A stretch of DNA of 64,000 nt from Amoebophrya sp. A120 (Eukaryota; Protista; Dinoflagellata), in the NCBI GenBank assembly GCA_905178155.1, contig CAJINV010000017.1, positions 1,046,722 to 1,110,721 of the forward strand, written 5' to 3'. The number at the start of each line of letters is the position of its first letter. The first letter of the stretch is position 1. Below the pieces are notes generated by a model. That model saw only the letters and a program-made list of their open reading frames with translations. It ran no database searches and was not told where the DNA came from. Positions 58,378 to 64,000 of this stretch are shown piece after piece. Made by a program: the position numbers and the translations under genes.

Positions 58378-61295
58378 ATGTTTCTCAACGCGAGAACATC
58401 ACGCGCAAATGTAAATGACGCGTTCATCCGACATCAGCCCCGCACTGGTCCTGGTTACAACATCATTGCTTCTGCAAAAAGACACTTCTATTTGCATACC
58501 ACACAGCGAGGAAACCACTCGAACCAGGAACTACAGCCGAAGAGGGGACTCGCGCTGTGTCACAGCCCGTCTTCGCCCGGCTGCCGTGGCAGTGATGTAG
58601 TTGGAAAAATAACTTCTACGTCGTCCTCCGCTTGTAGTGGGAAGAGTTACTCGTCAACGTCGGCGGGCAGCTCGTCCGCAGCTACGACTTCGAGCTCCAG
58701 TATGGAAGCGTCAGGTTTGAAATCGCCAAAGTTGAAATAATTTCTCATGCATAAACTGCAAGGCATGAAGTGCCTCTCTTGCAGGGACGACAATTGAGGC
58801 CGACTGTCATCCTGTTTGGGGTCTGCGGTGGAGCTGCTAAAGTTAAAGTAGCATGACAAAAGACGCCTTCTGTCCCTAAACAGAATGACAAACTGGATTT
58901 AGACGTCGCCGAGATTTGTCATGCACCGCTTGAAAATTGGGCTTCCAACTGGCACCATTTCATGCATTACAAACTATTTCAACTTTATCGATTTCAAACC
59001 TGACGCTTCCATATCCAGTTCGTCCGTGCCATCTTCGGTCCCATCTCCATCTTCCCCACCTGCGATCTCCCGCGATGCGACCAAAGCGCGTATCCCCCTG
59101 GAGTTCGTCCAGGATCTTGGTGGCGCCAGGAGGGCTGAAGCAGTGCAGCATGAAGAAGGCTCTATTTCTGGTGGTAGTGAAGCCGCACAGGCAGGACGAC
59201 CTGCAGTTGCACCCCACACAGACAGCACGATCGTCGCACAAGACTGTGTACAACAACAAGAGCAGCACGACCTTCCCAGCCTTCCCTGCCGCCTGGTCGC
59301 CCTGCCCGAATGTCGCACTGGCGTGGCCGCCTGGCTGTTCGGGACTGCGGGAATGTTGATGGGGATGATTCTGATCGGCGGGTTATCCAGGAAAAAACAC
59401 CCATCCCAATCCATTTTTTGCATGAGAAACAGACTGCAGCTTCTGCATGTTTCGCATGACAAATTAGATGGGGATGGGTGTTTTTTCCTGGATACAGGTA
59501 CACGAGACTCTCCGGCAGCGGGTTATCTATGACCAAATGGAAGTTTCAGGGCACGTTGCTCCCCTCCACCGAGGAACTCTGGAACGCAGAGTTATGCATT
59601 GCAAATATGTCTGGGTCTGGAAGGATGCAAGGTTTGTCATGCTTGTCTGGCATGACTGCAGAGTTTGTGATGCGTGTCGAAGTAGAGACCTTTTTGCTTG
59701 TCAAGCAAAACGCAGCCTGTCATGCGGAAAGCGCAAGACTAAGCAGCGCAAACATTTTTCATGTTTGGCTGTGCATTACAGAGAATTTACTCTTCACGGC
59801 TCAGCATTACAAGTTTCCAGAGGACCCAGATGACATGTTTGCAGTTGATAAGAGTTCACCGAGTACAAGAAAACCCCGGAGTACCAGAAGTTGCACGCAG
59901 GGACGATGGATCTCCCGGGGTTCAAGCGCATCTACTTCGTGGAGTGGTTCCACCGCATGTGGGGCCGCGGGACGGGCATCGTGTTCGCCCTGCCGTTGGT
60001 CTACTTCGTCGCGGTCAGGAGGGCGTTGACAAAAACTATGCATTGCGAATATGTCTGGGTCTGGAACGCTGGAACTTGTCATGCTAATTCTGGACAGTGC
60101 AAAAATCTGTGTTGCGTGATTACCAAAAACTGCCCACTTTTAACCAAGTTGACGAGAGGCAGTTTCTCATGCAGACGATGCCTGATAGAGGTCCTCGCAC
60201 AGAATCTGTCATGCTAGATCATACGTGACAGACCTCATTTGTCATGCAAAACCTGCATGACATTCCAGACCCCGACATATTTGCATTTGATAAAAGCCAT
60301 GTTTTACCAACTATCCGGCTTGTTCACCCTCGGCGCGTCCCAGGCGCTGATTGGCTGGTGGATGGTGCGGTCGGGATTTGTGGACCCAAAGGAACACATG
60401 CCGCACTCGGACAACAAAGTGCCGCGCGTGTAGGACACTTTTTGTTTTGGAATTTCAGATACGCTTTTATTGAGACCTTCGAATCATTCCTTGGAGTCAG
60501 TGATCAATAGAAACTCGATCTTCATCATGACATGTTGTATTCACCTTTCTCATGCGACGGCATAGATTTTTACGAAAACGAAACTACAGCTCCGCCTACC
60601 GGTTGGCTACGCACCTAGCCGCCGCACTCACGATTTACGGTGGCGTCCTCTGGACGGCGCTGCGAGTGATGGACCCCCGCAGCTCTTCCCTCCCGACCGC
60701 ACCACGCCCGATGAAAGGCGCGCAGCTTTACTTCGCCAGCAAACCGTCTACGTCAACCTCAACGATACTCGCAAACTCCGCGGCTAGAAGGTTCCGTGCG
60801 CTCACCATCGCGCAGGCTGTCCTCGTTGCGACGACTGTGATATCCGGCGCCTTTGTTGCCGGGAACGACGCCGGTTTGGAGTACAACACGTGGCCAAAGA
60901 TGCTCGACCACTGGGTTCCGCCGGAAGTGACAGACGGCTACAAAACCGCTCTGCAAACTTTTTCCCCATCGGTTTTGTTGGAGCAGTCCGCCTGCGTGCA
61001 GTTCAACCACAGGTTGCTAGCATACACTTCCGCGGCCGGGGCGTTCGCGCTCGCATGGAAGGGCCGGTCGGTGTTAGCAGCGAAAACCGCAGGAGGAGCT
61101 GCGACAGTTGTTGGCATCAGATTGAATACAGCACGGTTTTGGGCAGTATACGCCTTACCAGCGGCGGTCACCGGACAGATCTTGCTTGGAATCACGACCC
61201 TGCTAAATTGTGTGCCGATTGAGCTAGGCGTGGCGCACCAGGCGGGCGGGGTCACGGTGCTCTCCGTGCTGTTGACGCTATTGTCGAAACTGTGA
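58378..61295 (+). CDS. COX15: Heme A synthase (cytochrome c oxidase assembly protein COX15); start uncertain; 4 introners and 1 canonical intron
   Basis: Spliced motifs IGG|YTRLSGSGLSMTKWK, WNAEF|TEYKKTPEY, IYFVEWFHRMWGR, QALIGWWMVRSG, PRV|SAYRLATHL, SGAFVAGNDAG..YNTWPKM, VQFNHR, GVAHQAG. Confidence 0.95.
58701..59013. mobile_element. Introner
   Basis: TIR tatggaagcgtcaggtttgaaatcg...cgatttcaaacctgacgcttccata. Perfect TSD TCCAG. Confidence 0.92.
59384..59494. mobile_element. Short introner
   Basis: Perfect 24-bp TIR tatccaggaaaaaacacccatccc. TSD CGGGT/CAGGT. Splicing of 59382-59497 (GT-AG) restores GGYTRL. Confidence 0.92.
59593..59850. mobile_element. Introner (gtctgggtctggaa family)
   Basis: tatgcattgcaaatatgtctgggtctggaa...ttccagaggacccagatgacatgtttgcagttgata. 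Perfect TSD AGAGT. Confidence 0.9.
60037..60292. mobile_element. Introner (gtctgggtctggaa family)
   Basis: tatgcattgcgaatatgtctgggtctggaa...ttccagaccccgacatatttgcatttgata. TSD AAAAC/AAAGC. Confidence 0.9.
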
Positions 61296-62138
61296 AGAAA
61301 AAAAATGAACGAGAACTAGTACTAGCTGAAGCTGCTGGGGAAAGTCGCTTATAGCTCACTCCTGTGTTGAGATGAAAATAAATGAATTTATTGCTTTGAT
61401 CACAGTCGTTGTCATCGTCGAGTTTTGTGCAGAGCGTCTGATGATGTTGACCGCTGTTGCTTGTACTTATTTAAGTTCTCTTCTATTTTCCAACAGGATG
61501 AGACACTCGCACTCAATCTCACTTTCCATCCTGTTCCACCGAAAAGTTGAGGCAGCGCAGCCTTGCTGCGCCATGCAACTTGAAACAAGTGTCATTTGTG
61601 ATTAACTATGACGTCATTGACGAAAAGGATGAAAAACTTATAACTCGTGCTTCTATCGCAGAAATGCAACCGCCACGCTGCGGCACACCGCCGGGATGGA
61701 GGCGACTGCATACAAAATGTCATGGCGTTTGTGTATTTACACCCGCGAAATAGGAGCGGTGCTTTCGCGGGCTGCAAGGACAAAGAAGCGGGAACAAGAA
61801 AGTCATTCCGCTGGCAGCTCTCCCTCTCTACTTCTCTGTCAACTATGCTACAGCGAGAGACTGAGCCTAAACAGAGTCTGTCACTTTAGTGAATTTTTAG
61901 ATACAGGATTACCTATTAAAAAATTTTTTATTCTCAACAAAAGAAACAAAATGAGGGGCTTGTCGTTCTGGATTTGGCTGCTTCCGTTGCTTTCCTTTCT
62001 CGAGTGCGGTTTGAGGGCAGCAAGCGGGAGCGATGTGACTGACAGTATTTCATAAATAGTACATGTTTGCTTTTGATCCTGTTGTACTCCTGATTTTCTG
62101 TGTCACAAGTTGAAAGAAGGTGAAAAATAAGCATCACA

Positions 62139-63199
62139 ATGAGGCGCCGCCTTTGGGAGCTTTGCGCTCTCTTCTGCGGCGCGATCTTGACGACGACGAC
62201 CAGCCATGCTTTCATGCTTGCGCCTTTTGTTCACGATAAAGCGGATGGCAAAGGAGAGGTCTCAGCGCCGCACGAACAGCAAATCGACCGCAGTTTGTCA
62301 CCTGTAGTTGTTGTACCAGCTTCATCCACTCAGAAACAAAAGCAGCACCAGGATCATGCTGCTCCTCCTTCTTTTATCCAGATCGAGGCAAAAGTAGAAC
62401 AACATCAAGGCTTTCCTTCGTGCAAAAGCGACTGTCGAAAGTGCGAGCAACTGGTCAAAGAACTGACGACTGCGAAGAACGGGGAAAAATGCGCGCAGTG
62501 CTCCACCTGCATGAAGAGCGGCGCCGCGCGGTCGCACGGACCGCCCGCCTGCGGACAGGAGTGCGGCAAGTGCGGAACCAGTGGGGAAAGACTGCTCGCC
62601 TCCTGCCAGCCGTGCCACGACTGCAAGGTCGCGGGCCGGCCGGTAGTGGTGGCGGAGTTGGAGAAGTGAAATCGGAAGAACAAGCGACAGACAGTGCTAG
62701 CAGAGGATTCCTCGTCATGGAATCATGCAAATGCAAAATCAAAACAGCATATTTACAATGGCAAGCTCATCTCAATTTCATCCTGATCGGAATTATCGAC
62801 GATCCGAATTCTGTCAGATCAAGCTCGTCAACATCATCCAGCATGTGACTTCTCCTCACAACAAAACAAACAAAAACAGTGCTCACCAAGACCCTGTTGA
62901 ATTGCCCGTTGTGTGCCGACAAAGAGCCTTGCTTCGTCGATTGCAAAGCCAGTGGAGCCGGGTGGGACAAGTGTCTGCAACGGTGTTTGGGTGACAACCC
63001 CATGATGCTCGACATGTTTTCCCACATGACCGAGAAACTGCAGGCAAGAAAGCAGGCGATGGTGGGCACCACGACGGGTGGTCAGGCCGAAGCGTCAAAA
63101 CACGATTTTTCCGCCACAACTGCTGCCGCTGGCGGGATGAAGAAAAAGCCTTTGATTTTGGAGGGAAAACCTCTGAAGTCGTTCGGACGGGAGCTGTGA
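62139..63199 (+). CDS. Probable secreted cysteine-rich protein (CxxC repeats); two coding blocks, splice junction unresolved
   Basis: Signal-peptide-like MRRRLWELCALFCGAILTTTTSHA. Many CxxC motifs in 62139-62669 and 62879-63199. Confidence 0.5.
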
Positions 63200-63785
63200 G
63201 CAGGGCGGAAGGATTGCTGAGCGAAATTGTCTGATATTTTTTTCCATCTGATAAAGAACAAAAACTTTTTTCCACCTGCTTGCGTAGGTAAGTAAGTACT
63301 TCTACCCCCATCGGGAGCGGGCCACTTCTACTGTAGCCCGGTATAGCAGCACTGTGCTTTACCAAAGCGCGGAGGAGTCAACACTCTGACCGTCGTGCTT
63401 ATCTCCGAGGAGCTGTGTTCTCTCACTTTTGTGACGCTGTAAGGCAAAGTCAAGAACCCTTTTTTTTTGAATGCCATTCTTCGAGGAGTTTTTTGGTACC
63501 ACTAGCAGAACAAATTATTATCATCTTCCACCAACGAACGATATATGATAAGTCTTGTTAAGTAGAAGTTCTCTTTTTCTGTCGTATTGGTGTTTCTGTT
63601 TGTTTCTGTGTTATCGTGGTTTTCTTCCAGCGCAGGAAACAGCCACTATCTAAGCGTTGGGGTGATTGTGAAAAGAAAGCAATTTCTCATAATTTAATTT
63701 CATAAATAACAAATTGCTTGTCTTCGATGATATTTTCTAGGAACACGCGACCAAGTAGCAAGATTTCTCACGACCCATAAGCAGA

Positions 63786-63980
63786 ATGGCGGCCGTGGCG
63801 CCAGAAGGCGTCCTCAGCCGCGTCATCGCGGCGGCGGGCCAGGGAGCGGTGGGCGCGATGGTGGGCGCAATCTTGTCGGCGTTAAGTGAGCCAATCGTAA
63901 ACAGGGTGCTGGTGAAGAGAATACCCCTGCAGCAGGCAATGGAGGAAGTGACTTTCGAAGTCATTGCAAAGTTCTTCCAG
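63786..63980 (+). CDS. First exon of a membrane protein, possibly mitochondrial-carrier-like; truncated by the window end
   Basis: Coding-like codon usage, a hydrophobic G/A-rich helix followed by EPIVNRVLVKR, and the donor CAG|GTATAG at 63981. Confidence 0.4.
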
Positions 63981-64000
63981 GTATAGCAAAAATGATTCCT

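Overview
Eukaryotic DNA, most likely from a syndinian dinoflagellate (Amoebophrya-like). This is inferred from genes almost all on the + strand, long low-complexity proteins and many non-canonical introns bounded by inverted repeats. Recognisable host genes: an atypical SDR/flavin-reductase-like oxidoreductase, a METTL21-like methyltransferase, a GT47-like plus GT31 glycosyltransferase, two glutaredoxin genes and COX15. Sixteen MITE-like introners (91-320 bp) sit in coding sequence. They have TAT...ATA-type terminal inverted repeats (TIRs) and 5-bp target-site duplications (TSDs): 11 perfect, 3 with one mismatch, 2 degenerate. The main find is an 18,041-bp element (32032-50072) with 405-bp near-perfect TIRs and a perfect TTTGT TSD. 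Its terminal 44 nt match the introner at 25557-25808 at 40/44 positions. It encodes a spliced putative DDE transposase with hAT-like motifs, a tandem PD-(D/E)xK-type nuclease and a spliced unknown protein. It is a candidate cargo-carrying master transposon for the introners. All annotations are by eye; no searches were run.
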